Translations under genes and position numbers: made by a program
Shown: piece after piece, positions 17,511-28,191 of the stretch
Layout of the letters: each line of letters opens with the position of its first letter
How positions within the stretch are numbered: the stretch's first letter is position 1
Notes under the pieces: model-generated
The model's input: only the letters and a program-made list of their open reading frames with translations
What the model was told of the DNA's origin: nothing
The model's database searches: none
Assembly: GCA_002389295.1 (NCBI GenBank)
Contig: DGOE01000041.1
Span: 15,080-79,079, forward strand
Length of the DNA stretch: 64,000 nucleotides
Direction: 5' to 3'
Origin: Flavobacteriales bacterium UBA4474
Lineage (GTDB): Bacteria; Bacteroidota; Bacteroidia; Flavobacteriales_D; Sanyastnellaceae

Positions 17511-19838
17511 TTATTCTTTGTCGGCCTCCATTTGGCGCCGGCGCTCCTTCATCCGCTCCATCGAGCGGCGGCGGAACTCATCCCTGAGTTCGTCCTCATC
17601 CTGCTCATAACCGCGCCCCATTCCCGTTCCGCTGCCAAACGGGCGCCAATTGGGACTCAAATTGTCTGGATCCCGCTCGGTCAGGGTCATCTCCTGAACG
17701 AGGTGGGTCGCCCCGGCATAGATATCGGTGACCCAAAGTACGTAGCGCATGTCGACCATGATGTTGCGACAGCGGTCCGCATCGAAGCGGACATCGCTCA
17801 TGGTGCTTTCCCATGTGCGGTCAAAATTCAATCCCACGAGGTCACCCGTGGCATTGATCGCCGGAGAACCGGAATTGCCACCTGTGGTGTGGTTTGACCC
17901 GAGAAAGCAAACGCGGAGGTGGCCATCAGCATCGGCATAAGGACCATAGGATTCGGCGCGCAATTTGGTCACGAGGTCTGCAGGAAGGTCAAACTCCGCA
18001 TCCCCGGGCACGTACTTGTCGAGCACACCGCGCGCGGTAGAAAATGGCTTGTAGCTCACGGCATCGCGGGGTGCACTCCCTTCCATGCGGCCATAAGTGA
18101 GCCTCAATGTGCTGTTGGCATCGGGCCAGAATGTGCTGTCGGGATAGACCTTGGCCAGTGCCTGGAGGTAGCGGCCCATGTCCGTCTCCATGGCCCCCTG
18201 CCGCTTTGAATATTCGTTTCTGACTTTGACCCAGTAGCTGTCGCTCGTTTGGCGCGCCCAGGTCACCAAGTCGTCCTTGGCCCGCTTTTTCAGGCCTTTT
18301 CTGTTGCGGTCTTTGAGCAAGGTCATGAAGTCATCGCCATCATCGAGGATGCTGCCTTCGTACAATGCCGTCGCCAAGTCCATGGGGTCTACTTGATCAT
18401 CCGCGGCTTGCTGGGCCACCTCAGGCGCAAAGCCCTCAGGCATGGCCTCCATGTAGAGCGGAAACACGGCGGCAAAGACCTTCATGTCCACTGCTGCGCG
18501 GTAGTCGGGATAGAACTTCAATGCCGCCGCCAACACCTCTTCAGCCCGGGCGTCGAAAGCACTGTCGGAAACCGCCTTGTCGCCCGCCATGTCCAGGATA
18601 TCGCCCACTCGGTCCGCCCAACGCAAAATTTCTGGACCGTAATAAAACCACTCGATAAACAAGGACCGCGCCTCCAAATAGGGCTGCAATGCCGCAAAGT
18701 CCTTGGTCAAGTCGCCCACGACAGTGCTGTAATCAGCGAGCCCTTGCTGGCGCACGGCTTTGCCCAATTCGATTTGGGCCTTTCGCTTTTCAGCCACAGC
18801 GCCAAAATCGATGAGCCCCTCATTCTGGCCGATCCACTTCTTCCAAGCATTGGCGATTCGGCTCTGCTTGGCGGCATATGCGATGCGCGTGGCATCGTCT
18901 GACCGCATGGCGGAATTGATGATGTCGAGGCTGGCTGAGCGCATCCCAATGCGGACGGGGTTCAGTGTTTCAATAAGGTGCTGCACCTGCACAGAGGGGA
19001 TGTAGCGCTCAGTGGTGCCGGGAAAACCAAACACCATGGTAAAATCACCTTCGTCCACGCCGTGCATGGACACCGGAAGGTGGTGTGCAGGGTCGAGCGG
19101 GATGTTCTCGTCACTGGGCTCGGCCGGTGCACCGTCCGGGCCACTGTAAATGCGAAACAACGAGAAATCACCTGTGTGGCGCGGCCAAACCCAATTGTCG
19201 GTGTCGCCTCCAAACTTGCCGATTGAACTCGGGGGTGCTCCCACCAAGCGCACATCCTTGAATGTTCGGGTGACAATGACGAATTGCTGATTGCCGTAGA
19301 GAAAGTCCCGGACCACAGCGTCGTGATCGGTGCCCGCTGTGGCCGCGGCTGCCAGCCGCTCCCGCATGGCTTTCTCTGCCTCTGGGCCAAGGGCGCGCGC
19401 CGCTTGAACCGAATCGGTCACGTCCTCGATCCGGACAATGAACATGGCCGTGAGGCCAGGGTTGGTCAATTCCTCTGCCATGGACATCGCCCAAAAACCA
19501 TCCTTCAAAATGTCGCGCTCAAGGCTGCTGTGCGATTGAATCTGTCCGAAGCCGCAATGGTGGTTGGTGAGGAGCAGTCCCCGGTCAGAAATCACACTGG
19601 CCGTGCACCCCCCACCGAATTGCACGATGGCGTCCTTCAAAGAGCTGCGGTTGATGGAATAAATGTCCTCTGCCGTCAGCTTGAGGCCCATGTCTTGCAT
19701 GTCCCCTTCGACAGCACTGAGCAAAGCGGGAATCCACATGCCCTCTGTCGCGCGGGCAGAAACGAAGGCCCCCAGGGCAAGGATGATAACGGCTCCTCTT
19801 CGCAGAGCGGAACCGGCGGTCACGGTGGTCTTGATCAT
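17511..19838 (-). CDS. S46-family serine dipeptidyl-peptidase (DPP7/DPP11-like)
   Basis: Signal peptide followed by EGMWIP. Catalytic His in LLTNHHCG. Catalytic Ser in HTTGGNSGSPAIN. Length and order are typical of S46, with an extra charged C-terminal tail. Confidence 0.9.
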   Translation of the reverse strand: MIKTTVTAGSALRRGAVIILALGAFVSARATEGMWIPALLSAVEGDMQDMGLKLTAEDIYSINRSSLKDAIVQFGGGCTASVISDRGLLLTNHHCGFGQIQSHSSLERDILKDGFWAMSMAEELTNPGLTAMFIVRIEDVTDSVQAARALGPEAEKAMRERLAAAATAGTDHDAVVRDFLYGNQQFVIVTRTFKDVRLVGAPPSSIGKFGGDTDNWVWPRHTGDFSLFRIYSGPDGAPAEPSDENIPLDPAHHLPVSMHGVDEGDFTMVFGFPGTTERYIPSVQVQHLIETLNPVRIGMRSASLDIINSAMRSDDATRIAYAAKQSRIANAWKKWIGQNEGLIDFGAVAEKRKAQIELGKAVRQQGLADYSTVVGDLTKDFAALQPYLEARSLFIEWFYYGPEILRWADRVGDILDMAGDKAVSDSAFDARAEEVLAAALKFYPDYRAAVDMKVFAAVFPLYMEAMPEGFAPEVAQQAADDQVDPMDLATALYEGSILDDGDDFMTLLKDRNRKGLKKRAKDDLVTWARQTSDSYWVKVRNEYSKRQGAMETDMGRYLQALAKVYPDSTFWPDANSTLRLTYGRMEGSAPRDAVSYKPFSTARGVLDKYVPGDAEFDLPADLVTKLRAESYGPYADADGHLRVCFLGSNHTTGGNSGSPAINATGDLVGLNFDRTWESTMSDVRFDADRCRNIMVDMRYVLWVTDIYAGATHLVQEMTLTERDPDNLSPNWRPFGSGTGMGRGYEQDEDELRDEFRRRSMERMKERRRQMEADKE

Positions 19839-19896
19839 GCCGGCAAATTAATGCCCGGTGACCACCCGGCATTCACCCCAAGCCGTGTGTTGACAT

Positions 19897-20913
19897 TCAG
19901 CGCCAGTCAGCGAGGGCCGCAAGCACGTGTTTGAGGCCCTCATCGCCGAAGTCAAGATGGGTCACCCACCTCACTTTGTGGGGACCAAAAGCCGAACAAA
20001 GGATGCCTTGCGCGCGCTGTGCTTCCACCAAATCCGATGCTGGACGCCCTCCAGCAAGGCTGGCAATAACGATGTTGGTTTCCACCTGGTCCACGTGGTC
20101 CACAGCAGGATGGTCCGCCAACAACTCACCAATGCGGGAGGCGCGGTCGTGGTCCTCTTGAAGCCGGTCGAAATGATGGTCCATGGCGTGCAGTCCGGCT
20201 GCCGCAAGGATGCCGACCTGCCGCATGCCGCCGCCCATCACCTTGCGGCTCCGGTGGGCTTCATCGATAAACGCCTTCGACCCAAGCAGCACAGAGCCCG
20301 CGGGGGTGCCGAGCCCCTTGGACAGACAAAGCGATACGCTGTCAAACATGCGCCCGTATGCCGTCCAATCCGCCCCGGTATTGCGCAAGGCATTCCATGC
20401 CCGCGCCCCGTCGAGGTGGAAAGGAAGCCCCAATTCATTGCACACTGTGCTGCCCTCCTTGAGGGTCTCGAGCGATTGCACCGCTCCACCGCCCTTGTTT
20501 ACCGTATCCTCCACACAGACGAGTCCGGTGCGCGCGAAATGGCTGTCGGCGGGGTTTACTTCAGAGCGAATGACCGCGGCGGGCATGGCCCCTCCGGGCG
20601 CCTCCAACAGCCGAACACTGGCGCCACTGTTTCTGGCGATTCCCCCTCCCTCGTAGTTGTAGACGTGGCTCAGCCTGTGGCACATCACCTCATCTCCTGG
20701 TGCGACGTGCACATTGATGGCGATCTGATTGGCCATCGTCCCCGAAGGACAGAACAGGCCGGCCTCGTGCCCAAAACGCTCTGCCAGCGTGTCCTGCAGG
20801 CGGTTCACCGTAGGGTCTTCACCGTATACATCGTCCCCGGTGGGTGCGGACATCATGGCCTTGAGCATGGCCCCGGTCGGTCTTGTGACCGTATCGCTCC
20901 TCAAATCAAACAT
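19897..20913 (-). CDS. ltaE: Low-specificity L-threonine aldolase
   Basis: [20 protein letters not shown]...[25 protein letters not shown], and the PLP lysine in [12 protein letters not shown]. Start set at MFDLRSD (20913). Confidence 0.9.
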   Translation of the reverse strand: MFDLRSDTVTRPTGAMLKAMMSAPTGDDVYGEDPTVNRLQDTLAERFGHEAGLFCPSGTMANQIAINVHVAPGDEVMCHRLSHVYNYEGGGIARNSGASVRLLEAPGGAMPAAVIRSEVNPADSHFARTGLVCVEDTVNKGGGAVQSLETLKEGSTVCNELGLPFHLDGARAWNALRNTGADWTAYGRMFDSVSLCLSKGLGTPAGSVLLGSKAFIDEAHRSRKVMGGGMRQVGILAAAGLHAMDHHFDRLQEDHDRASRIGELLADHPAVDHVDQVETNIVIASLAGGRPASDLVEAQRAQGILCSAFGPHKVRWVTHLDFGDEGLKHVLAALADWR

Positions 20914-20942
20914 GGTTTCCTTTCGGTGTTTCCGACGCCGCT

Positions 20943-22865
20943 TCAATTCAGCTGCAGACGGACTGCTGTCTCTGTGCCCTCGGCCACCCAGAGGTATTGG
21001 CCGGCGCTGAGACCGGAAGCAGACAATTCGAACTGCAGGGCACCCTGCAATGCCCGCGCTTGACCCTTTTCAATGATGCGGCCTGAGGCATCGCGCAAGG
21101 ACCAACTCCCCGCCCAATCCGCAGGCACCTGGCTCCACATGATGGTCCAACTTCCTCCCGGCGCAGCTGGATTGGGAAAAGCCTGCACTGAAGGTGCCGC
21201 GCTGTCCCATTCGCCCAAGCCGAGGGTGCAATCGAAAACGGTGACGAAAATGGCATCGGCATGCGAACAGCCAAATGCGTTGGATGCTTCGACGACAATG
21301 GGATAGGTTCCCGGTCCCAAATCAGCCCCATTTATGATGATGAATTGGTCTGCACTGCCGTTGCTCCAGAGGTACTCCAGGCCAGCAGGCGCAGAAAGCA
21401 CCAGCTGTTGGTCTTCGCAAATGGTGGTGTCGGGGCCCAGGGTGAAGGCAAAGGCGTCGTCCTCAGCCTGGAGGTCAAACTGGATTTCCTCTATACACCC
21501 GTTGCCGTCCTCCATGACCACTGTGAAGGCCCCTTCGGCCATGTCGTCAATGGCTGGCCCCGTGCCAAGTTCACCGAGTTCACCGGACCATGTGATGGAA
21601 TAAGGCTCCGTACCTCCGCTCACCGCCAAGGCGGCACTGCCGTTGGGCTGGTCGGGGCAACCGGGTGGCACCAGATCAAGGTCCAGGGAAATGGGGTCGG
21701 GTTGGGTCAAGGTCACCGCGTGGGTCAACGTGTTGCCACAGTTGGTCACGATCACGGCAGAATAGGTGCCCCCGCTCAAACCAGAAATCTGCTGGCCCTC
21801 GCCGGAAAATCCATCGGGGCCGATCCAAGCCGCAGTGAAATCCGCCCCCATGCCGATGGGATTCAACACGATCGTTCCGTTGGGGTCCTCCTCCTTGCCC
21901 AGTGGGCAACCAAGGCCTCCGGTGACGCTGGTCATCTCTTCGGCCAGGTCCGAACTCGTCTCGACCACGATTCCGACTGTTCCCCGCGCATTTTGCCACC
22001 CATCCACTTGGATGAGGTAGGTGGCGCCGCTGTCCAGACAGCCCGTCCACATTGAACTGGCATAATAGGCTCCTGAACCGCAGCCTCCGGGCATGTCGTC
22101 ATTGGCCCCCACGAGGGTGAATGTGGTGAAATCGCTGCAGTCTTCCGCCTTCCACAAGGCTATCTGCGTATCGAAATCGGTGGTGTCCGTGCACGCCGTC
22201 ACCAGGCAGTTGCCCGCGGTGGCCGTAAAGGACAGCCAGGCCGACCCCGTCACACCGCCTTCGCACCATCCGCCATTGATTTGGCAAGCATACACGCCGG
22301 GAAAATTGGGTGCACCAGGCTCGCCATAAGCGGCCGTGCAGCTGTCGTTTGAGACGATGGCCATGGGGCCGTCCACCACGACTTCTTCGGCACCACAGGG
22401 CGAATCATAAGCCGGTCCAGACATTTCGAAGGGATTGAAATCCCAGGTGTTTCCAAAGCCAGACCCGGGGAAGCTGTTGGTCAGCACGCCTTCATTGTAC
22501 ACTTCGAAATAAGTGCCCCCGTCCCCGTAGCTGTCCACGTGGTGCAGGGTCAGCACCTCATCCGGTGTGCCGCACAAGGTGTCCAGGATAAAGGTGGCAT
22601 TCGAAGCGTATTCGCCTGCGGGCGCCCCGGGCAGTCCCTCTCCGTCGCAGCCTACACCGGCCGCATTGCCTCCCCAATACAGGGCATCCACACCACACGC
22701 ACCGCCTTCTGGCGTGATCTCCCAATACATCTCATAGCCCCAGGCATCTGTATACAGGCGCAATTCAAACGGTGATTGGCCTTCAGGACAGTCTTGACTG
22801 AACGCATTCATGCCAGCTGTGCAGGACAGCATCAGCAAAAAGACCACTGGGGTTGAGGATTTCAT
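20943..22865 (-). CDS. Secreted SprB-repeat protein with type-A T9SS C-terminal domain
   Basis: True start [24 protein letters not shown] at 22865; the 811-aa ORF extension would overlap yaaA. N-terminal D.WGYEMYW...DSYGDGG module, PPC-like segment, SprB repeat ([30 protein letters not shown]). CTD is [14 protein letters not shown]...GQYLWV...VRLQLN. Confidence 0.85.
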   Translation of the reverse strand: MKSSTPVVFLLMLSCTAGMNAFSQDCPEGQSPFELRLYTDAWGYEMYWEITPEGGACGVDALYWGGNAAGVGCDGEGLPGAPAGEYASNATFILDTLCGTPDEVLTLHHVDSYGDGGTYFEVYNEGVLTNSFPGSGFGNTWDFNPFEMSGPAYDSPCGAEEVVVDGPMAIVSNDSCTAAYGEPGAPNFPGVYACQINGGWCEGGVTGSAWLSFTATAGNCLVTACTDTTDFDTQIALWKAEDCSDFTTFTLVGANDDMPGGCGSGAYYASSMWTGCLDSGATYLIQVDGWQNARGTVGIVVETSSDLAEEMTSVTGGLGCPLGKEEDPNGTIVLNPIGMGADFTAAWIGPDGFSGEGQQISGLSGGTYSAVIVTNCGNTLTHAVTLTQPDPISLDLDLVPPGCPDQPNGSAALAVSGGTEPYSITWSGELGELGTGPAIDDMAEGAFTVVMEDGNGCIEEIQFDLQAEDDAFAFTLGPDTTICEDQQLVLSAPAGLEYLWSNGSADQFIIINGADLGPGTYPIVVEASNAFGCSHADAIFVTVFDCTLGLGEWDSAAPSVQAFPNPAAPGGSWTIMWSQVPADWAGSWSLRDASGRIIEKGQARALQGALQFELSASGLSAGQYLWVAEGTETAVRLQLN

Positions 22866-22916
22866 GGCCGAAAAATAGGGCATTGCGCACATGGCATTCC
22901 GTAGCTTTGCGGGCCC

Positions 22917-23687
22917 ATGCGCTTTTTGCTTTCTCCTGCAAAGACATTTAGGACCGAAGCCCTGCCTGTGGTGGCCGGTGCCAGCCAACCTGTTTTTGTT
23001 GATCGGGCAGCCACCATCATGGAGGACTTGTCTCTTGTAAAGGAGCGGGACCTTATGGCGCACATGGACATCAGTGAGGCGTTGGCAGAAGAAACCGCTG
23101 CGCGGCACCAAGAATGGGGCACCCCCTTCCACCCCGGAAATGCCCGAGCGGCCATCCATTCTTTTCACGGTGAGGTCTACCGCGCTTTGGGTGCAGACCG
23201 CTGGAATGCCAACAACTTGGACCAAGCGCAAAGCATGATGCGCATCATCAGCGGTCTGTATGGCTTGCTCAGGCCATTGGACCTGATGCAGGAATACCGC
23301 TTGGAAATGGGCAGCCGCTGGTCTCCAAATGGAAAAGACAACCTCTATGCCTATTGGGGAACCGCGCTCGCCGACCATTTAGCGGCTGAAAGTGACGGTC
23401 CCATTGTCAACTTGGCCAGTCAGGAATATTTCAAAGCAGTGGACCACCCTTCGCTCAAGGGTAAGTTCATTCATATCCATTTCAAGGAGCAGCGAGGCGA
23501 CACCTTCAAAATGATCGGCACTTATGCCAAAACAGCGCGGGGCCGCATGGCGCGTTTCTTGGTGCAGGATGGCATCTCTTCACCCGAGGACATTCAGCAT
23601 TTCAATGAAGATGGTTATGCCTTTAACCCCAGCCTGAGTGGAGAGGACGCCTTTACTTTCACACGACATCATACACCCAACCCATGA
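22917..23687 (+). CDS. yaaA: Peroxide stress protein YaaA (UPF0246/DUF328)
   Basis: MRFLLSPAKTF start, GEVYRAL, RIISGLYGLLRPLDLMQEYRLEM, and NLASQEYFKAV. These are the hallmark YaaA motifs. Confidence 0.9.
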   Translation: MRFLLSPAKTFRTEALPVVAGASQPVFVDRAATIMEDLSLVKERDLMAHMDISEALAEETAARHQEWGTPFHPGNARAAIHSFHGEVYRALGADRWNANNLDQAQSMMRIISGLYGLLRPLDLMQEYRLEMGSRWSPNGKDNLYAYWGTALADHLAAESDGPIVNLASQEYFKAVDHPSLKGKFIHIHFKEQRGDTFKMIGTYAKTARGRMARFLVQDGISSPEDIQHFNEDGYAFNPSLSGEDAFTFTRHHTPNP

Positions 23688-24394
23688 AATACACCCCGAT
23701 TCACACCATGGTCCTGTCGGCCTGCCTGTTCATTGCCGCCTCGGCTTGGACTGGATGCGCTGTCAACGGCCAGAACACACCTACCCCCCAAATGGAAAAT
23801 ACCAATGACTCTTTGAGCTACGCCCTGGGCGTGCTGTTTGCCACCAATGTCGCCGGTCAAGGCATCAAGGATTACGTCCCCGCCCAAATTGCTCAGGCGT
23901 TTGCCGATGTGCAATCCGGCAATGCCTCCATGACACCGGAGCAAGCCAATGAGCTGGTTCGCACCTCTATGCAGGCCATGGAGGCCAAGGCTGGAGATGC
24001 CAACCTCGAGTTGGGACAGGCTTTCCTTGCTGAAAACAAAGGCAAGGATGGCGTTGTAGAGACCGGGTCCGGTTTGCAGTACCGCGTTGACCGTGAAGGT
24101 GACGGTGGAAGCCCTGACCAGAACGACCGCGTCACCGTCCACTATCACGGCACGCTCATTGACGGAACGGTTTTCGACAGCAGTTACGACCGCGGACAAC
24201 CGGCCACTTTCGGCCTGAACCAGGTCATCCCCGGCTGGACCGAGGGATTGCAGACCATGAAGCAGGGTGGCCAGACCACCTTTTACATCCCTTCCAACCT
24301 CGCTTACGGCCCCCGGGCTACAGGCGACGTGATCGGCGCGAATTCCACGCTCGTATTCAAAGTGGAGCTCCTCGAAGTGGAGACGGTCGACTGA
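23684..24394 (+). CDS. FKBP-type peptidyl-prolyl cis-trans isomerase lipoprotein (FkpA/FklB-like)
   Basis: Lipobox AWTGC. FKBP core VTVHYHGTLIDGTVFDSSYDRGQPATFGLNQVIPGWTEGLQTMKQGG...LVFKVELLEV. ATGA overlap with yaaA. Confidence 0.9.
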   Translation: MKYTPIHTMVLSACLFIAASAWTGCAVNGQNTPTPQMENTNDSLSYALGVLFATNVAGQGIKDYVPAQIAQAFADVQSGNASMTPEQANELVRTSMQAMEAKAGDANLELGQAFLAENKGKDGVVETGSGLQYRVDREGDGGSPDQNDRVTVHYHGTLIDGTVFDSSYDRGQPATFGLNQVIPGWTEGLQTMKQGGQTTFYIPSNLAYGPRATGDVIGANSTLVFKVELLEVETVD

Positions 24395-24420
24395 ATTTTT
24401 CGAAAAAATAAATTTTTGAA

Positions 24421-24456
24421 AGGCGGAGCCCCTCATTTGGGAGCTCTGCCTTTTTT
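24421..24456 (+). terminator. Rho-independent terminator after the FKBP gene
   Basis: AGGCGGAGCCCCTCATTTGGGAGCTCTGCCTTTTTT: an 8-9 bp GC-rich stem (one G-U pair) followed by a T6 run. Confidence 0.75.
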
Positions 24457-24597
24457 ATCAGCCTTTTCGTTGGCTGATTATACAGTACATGTGGATTTAA
24501 TGTAAGTGGTTGAAAAACAATAACAAGACACATTTCTCAGGCAAAATGTAACCCCAACTTGCGCATCGGAGTAAGGGTGCCAAACAACCTGCCCATC

Positions 24598-27500
24598 ATG
24601 CGCATTCCAGTTTTCTTTCTGACCGTTTTTGCTTCGCTTTCTTTTTGCACCGGCTACAGCCAAGCCGACCGCTGTCAATCCGCGGAACTTCAGGCCACGC
24701 TCATGGAAGATTCTGCATTTTCCAGAAGCTACTTCGCCTTTGAGGCGGCCATGGCCGACATGCAGCCCAATACCCAGCGATCCAGTCTGACCCATACGCT
24801 GCCTGTTGTTGTCCACATCATGCATGATGGTGCTCCAATCGGGGATGGATCCAATCTGTCTGATGCTCAAGTATTCAGCGCGATCGATGGATTGAATGAC
24901 GACTTTTCAGCACAATTTGCAGGTGTAGATATCGACATCGAATTCCAACTCGCGGTGCAAGACCCCGATGGAAACCCCACCTCCGGCATTGTACGGACCA
25001 ATGTGGCAGAGACCATTCCCAGTTACGCCACCTCAGGCATGGTGACGATGAACAATTTGGACCCCGCAGCCGAGCTTCTTGTGAAGCAATTGAGTCATTG
25101 GCCAGGCGAGGATTACATCAATATCTGGGTGGTCCACAAGTTGAATGGGGCTGCATCCCCACTCGGGTTTGCCTATTTGCCTCCAACATCAGGCGTTCAT
25201 GACGGCATAGTCGTCCACCGCCGTGTTTTTGGTGTCGGTGAAGATTTTGACCTCATGCAAAACTTTGACCTGAATCGAACCATCACGCACGAGATGGGGC
25301 ATTACCTGGGTTTATTTCACACCTTCAACAACACTTCATCTTGTGCAGACGAGAGCAATTGCTCGGCTCAGGGGGACCGCGTCTGCGATACTCCACCGAC
25401 AACGGGAAGTGTCGGTTGCAGCCCGGTGAGCTGTCCCAACACGCTTGTAGAAAACTACATGGATTACTCAAGCGATGCGTGCATGGATAGCTTCACCGAA
25501 GGTCAACGCACGAGAATGAGGAATGCCTTGGATGTTTTCCGCACTTCATTGCTGACCAGCTCTGGCAACATTCCTGTCATGGCCATTGATGGCGGGATAA
25601 GCTCACTCACTGGTATTCAGGAGTACGGATGTGCCTCTACCATCAATACTCAGGCACTGTTGCAAAATTTCGGAACTGACGAATTGACAAGTGCGAGCAT
25701 TCATTTCATGCTCGATGACGGCATGGAGCAAGAGTTGACCTGGTCTGGCAGCCTATTGTCAGGGGAGACGGAGCTTGTCGATTTGCCTTCACTTGCCGCC
25801 ACAACTGGGGCGCACACCATTTCAATATGGAGCGGTATAGACGGAGACGGATACGGCCCCAATGACACCTTGGTTGTCTCTTTTGAAATCTCCTCCGGTG
25901 ACTTCATCGAGATGGAAGTCCAATTGGATATGCTGCCTTACGGTTTTACTTGGGAAATAGAAAACGTGGACAATGGCAATATCCTGATGTCTGGTGGCCC
26001 TTACGACAACAGCACCGATGCCGGCGGCCTGTTTCTGGAAAGCCAATGTGCTGTTACCGGCTGTTATGAATTGACTGTAGAAGACATTTTCGGAAATGGT
26101 CTTCATTACACACCCTCTGGCTTTTACTCGCTGACCGATTCAGATGGAAATGTGCTCGGATACAACTGGGGAAATTTCGGCGGGTATCAACTCCATGAAT
26201 TCTGTATTGACGGCGATGGCGTAGAACCTTGCGTAGATGATAATGGCAATGGCATTTGCGATGAAGACGAGGACATCGTCATTACGGATGTGCCGGGTTG
26301 CACCGACGCTGGCAGCTGCACATATGATGCTGAGGCAAATACAGATGACGGCAGTTGCCAATACCTGGATGCCTTGGGCGACTGTGGCGGTGATTGTCCG
26401 GATGATTTGGATGCCGATGGCGTTTGCGACAATGCGGAAATTCCGGGGTGCACAGATGAAAACGCCTGCAACTTTGATGGCGCCGCCACAGATGATGCCG
26501 GGAATTGCAGCTATCCGCCGACCAATTATGACTGCGATGGCAACGTCACGGTGGTGATTGAGGGCTGCTTGGACGAGGCCAGCTGCACATACGACGCCAG
26601 TGCCAATGCCAACACTGACGATGGCAGCTGCGCTTACCTGGATGCCTTGGGCGATTGCGGTGGTGATTGTCCCGACGACGTCGACGGTGATGGCGTTTGC
26701 GACAACGCTGAGATTCCCGGATGTACCGACTTCACGGCCTGCAATTTTGAAGCCGGAGCTACCGATGACAACGGCGGATGCCTCTATCCAGAACCCGATC
26801 TGGATTGCAATGGAAACCCATTGGTTGTGATCGAAGGATGCATGGACCCCGCGAGTTGCACGTACGATGCGGCAGCCAACACAAACGACGACAGTTGCGA
26901 ATACCTGGACGCCATTGGGGTCTGCGGTGGAGATTGTCCTGGCGATGCTGACACCGATGGCGTGTGTGACAATGCTGAAATTGCAGGGTGCACCGATTCC
27001 CAGGCCTGCAACTATGACGCTTCGGCCACTGACGACGCCGGCAATTGCAGCTACCCGCCCACCAATTTCGATTGCGACGGCAACATCACGGTGGTGGTCA
27101 ATGGCTGCCTGGATGCCAGCAGCTGCACATTTGACGCCGACGCCAATACAGACGATGGCAGTTGCGACTACCTCGATGCCTTGGGTGAATGCGGTGGAGA
27201 TTGTCCAGACGACGTCGATGGCGACGGGGTGTGCGACAATGCCGAAATCCCCGGATGCACCGATGTATCCGCGTGCAATTATGATGCCACCGCCACCGAT
27301 GAAAATGGTGGATGTGAATACCCCGAAACGGGACTCGACTGCGCCGGCAACCCGCTGGTCATTGTCGAGGGCTGCACGGATGCCAGTAGCTGCACTTTTG
27401 ATGCCGCTGCCAATACCGATGACGGCAGTTGCGAATACCTGGACGCCTTGGGTGAATGTGGAGGAGATTGTCCAGCCGACGTCGATGGCGACGGCGTATG

Positions 27501-28191
27501 CGACAATGCCGAGATCCCCGGATGCACCGATGTGTCCGCGTGCAACTATGATGCGGCCGCCACCGATGAGAACGGCGCATGTGAATACCCCGAAGTCGGA
27601 TTTGACTGCGATGGCAATCCCTTGGTCATTGTCGAGGGCTGCACGGACCCCGGCAGCTGCACCTTTGATGCCGACGCCAATTCAGACGATGGCAGCTGCG
27701 AATACCTCGATGCCTTGGGTGAATGCGGCGGCGATTGCACAGCCGACCTCGATGAAGATGGCGTGTGTGACGATGCAGAAATTCTGGGCTGCACGGATAC
27801 TGAGGCTTGCAATTTTGACGAAGCGGCCACCGAAGAAAACGGCGGCTGCGAATACGCCGCTGAGGGCTTTGACTGCGATGGCAATCCGCTGACAAGTGGC
27901 GTCGGTGAAATCAGTGACGCCGCAGAGTCAATCAGCGCCTACCCCAACCCCGTGCTTCAAGGTGCACCGGTTCAATTGGCCGGTCTGACCGGTACAGGCC
28001 CGTGGACCATCGAAATTTGGAACGCTGCAGGACAGTGCGTGGCAAGGAACCAAGCCGTGGCCGCTCCAAGCTTGAATGGGTGGACCGCCACCGTGAATAC
28101 GCCGTCCATGCCCGGTCTATATTTCATCCGCGCCCAACGCTTAGGCGACAACAGTGTGCCTACGGCTGCTGGCCGACTGCTGGTACATTGA
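24598..28191 (+). CDS. Secreted M43-family (cytophagalysin/pappalysin-like) zinc metalloprotease with Cys-module array and type-A T9SS CTD
   Basis: Signal peptide MRIPVFFLTVFASLSFCTGYSQ. Zincin site TITHEMGHYLGLFHTF followed by C..GDRVCDTPP. Twelve 3-Cys modules in six super-repeats. CTD is ISAYPNPVLQGAPVQLAGL...GLYFIRAQ...GRLLVH. Confidence 0.9.
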   Translation: MRIPVFFLTVFASLSFCTGYSQADRCQSAELQATLMEDSAFSRSYFAFEAAMADMQPNTQRSSLTHTLPVVVHIMHDGAPIGDGSNLSDAQVFSAIDGLNDDFSAQFAGVDIDIEFQLAVQDPDGNPTSGIVRTNVAETIPSYATSGMVTMNNLDPAAELLVKQLSHWPGEDYINIWVVHKLNGAASPLGFAYLPPTSGVHDGIVVHRRVFGVGEDFDLMQNFDLNRTITHEMGHYLGLFHTFNNTSSCADESNCSAQGDRVCDTPPTTGSVGCSPVSCPNTLVENYMDYSSDACMDSFTEGQRTRMRNALDVFRTSLLTSSGNIPVMAIDGGISSLTGIQEYGCASTINTQALLQNFGTDELTSASIHFMLDDGMEQELTWSGSLLSGETELVDLPSLAATTGAHTISIWSGIDGDGYGPNDTLVVSFEISSGDFIEMEVQLDMLPYGFTWEIENVDNGNILMSGGPYDNSTDAGGLFLESQCAVTGCYELTVEDIFGNGLHYTPSGFYSLTDSDGNVLGYNWGNFGGYQLHEFCIDGDGVEPCVDDNGNGICDEDEDIVITDVPGCTDAGSCTYDAEANTDDGSCQYLDALGDCGGDCPDDLDADGVCDNAEIPGCTDENACNFDGAATDDAGNCSYPPTNYDCDGNVTVVIEGCLDEASCTYDASANANTDDGSCAYLDALGDCGGDCPDDVDGDGVCDNAEIPGCTDFTACNFEAGATDDNGGCLYPEPDLDCNGNPLVVIEGCMDPASCTYDAAANTNDDSCEYLDAIGVCGGDCPGDADTDGVCDNAEIAGCTDSQACNYDASATDDAGNCSYPPTNFDCDGNITVVVNGCLDASSCTFDADANTDDGSCDYLDALGECGGDCPDDVDGDGVCDNAEIPGCTDVSACNYDATATDENGGCEYPETGLDCAGNPLVIVEGCTDASSCTFDAAANTDDGSCEYLDALGECGGDCPADVDGDGVCDNAEIPGCTDVSACNYDAAATDENGACEYPEVGFDCDGNPLVIVEGCTDPGSCTFDADANSDDGSCEYLDALGECGGDCTADLDEDGVCDDAEILGCTDTEACNFDEAATEENGGCEYAAEGFDCDGNPLTSGVGEISDAAESISAYPNPVLQGAPVQLAGLTGTGPWTIEIWNAAGQCVARNQAVAAPSLNGWTATVNTPSMPGLYFIRAQRLGDNSVPTAAGRLLVH
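26293..27900 (+). repeat. Six in-frame tandem repeats of 267-273 bp (89-91 aa) inside the M43 gene
   Basis: Unit starts at about 26296, 26563, 26836, 27103, 27370 and 27637. Each unit is [GC.D..SCT[YF]D..AN.DDGSC.YLDA.G.CGGDC..D.D.DGVCDNAEI.GCTD..ACN[YF][DE]..ATD..G.C.YP....DC.GN.LV]. The last three units are about 90% identical at the DNA level by eye. Confidence 0.9.

Noticed and set aside
22866-23378. N-terminal 171-aa extension of the 811-aa ORF 20943..23378
   Set aside because: The extension overlaps the well-supported yaaA gene on the other strand and has no protein-like features. A clean signal peptide begins at the internal ATG at 22865.
26293-27900. Regularly spaced repeats, considered as a possible CRISPR array
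   Set aside because: The period is about 270 bp, not 60-75 bp. The units are in-frame coding sequence of one long ORF with conserved Cys codons. There is no repeat/unique-spacer alternation and there are no cas genes.
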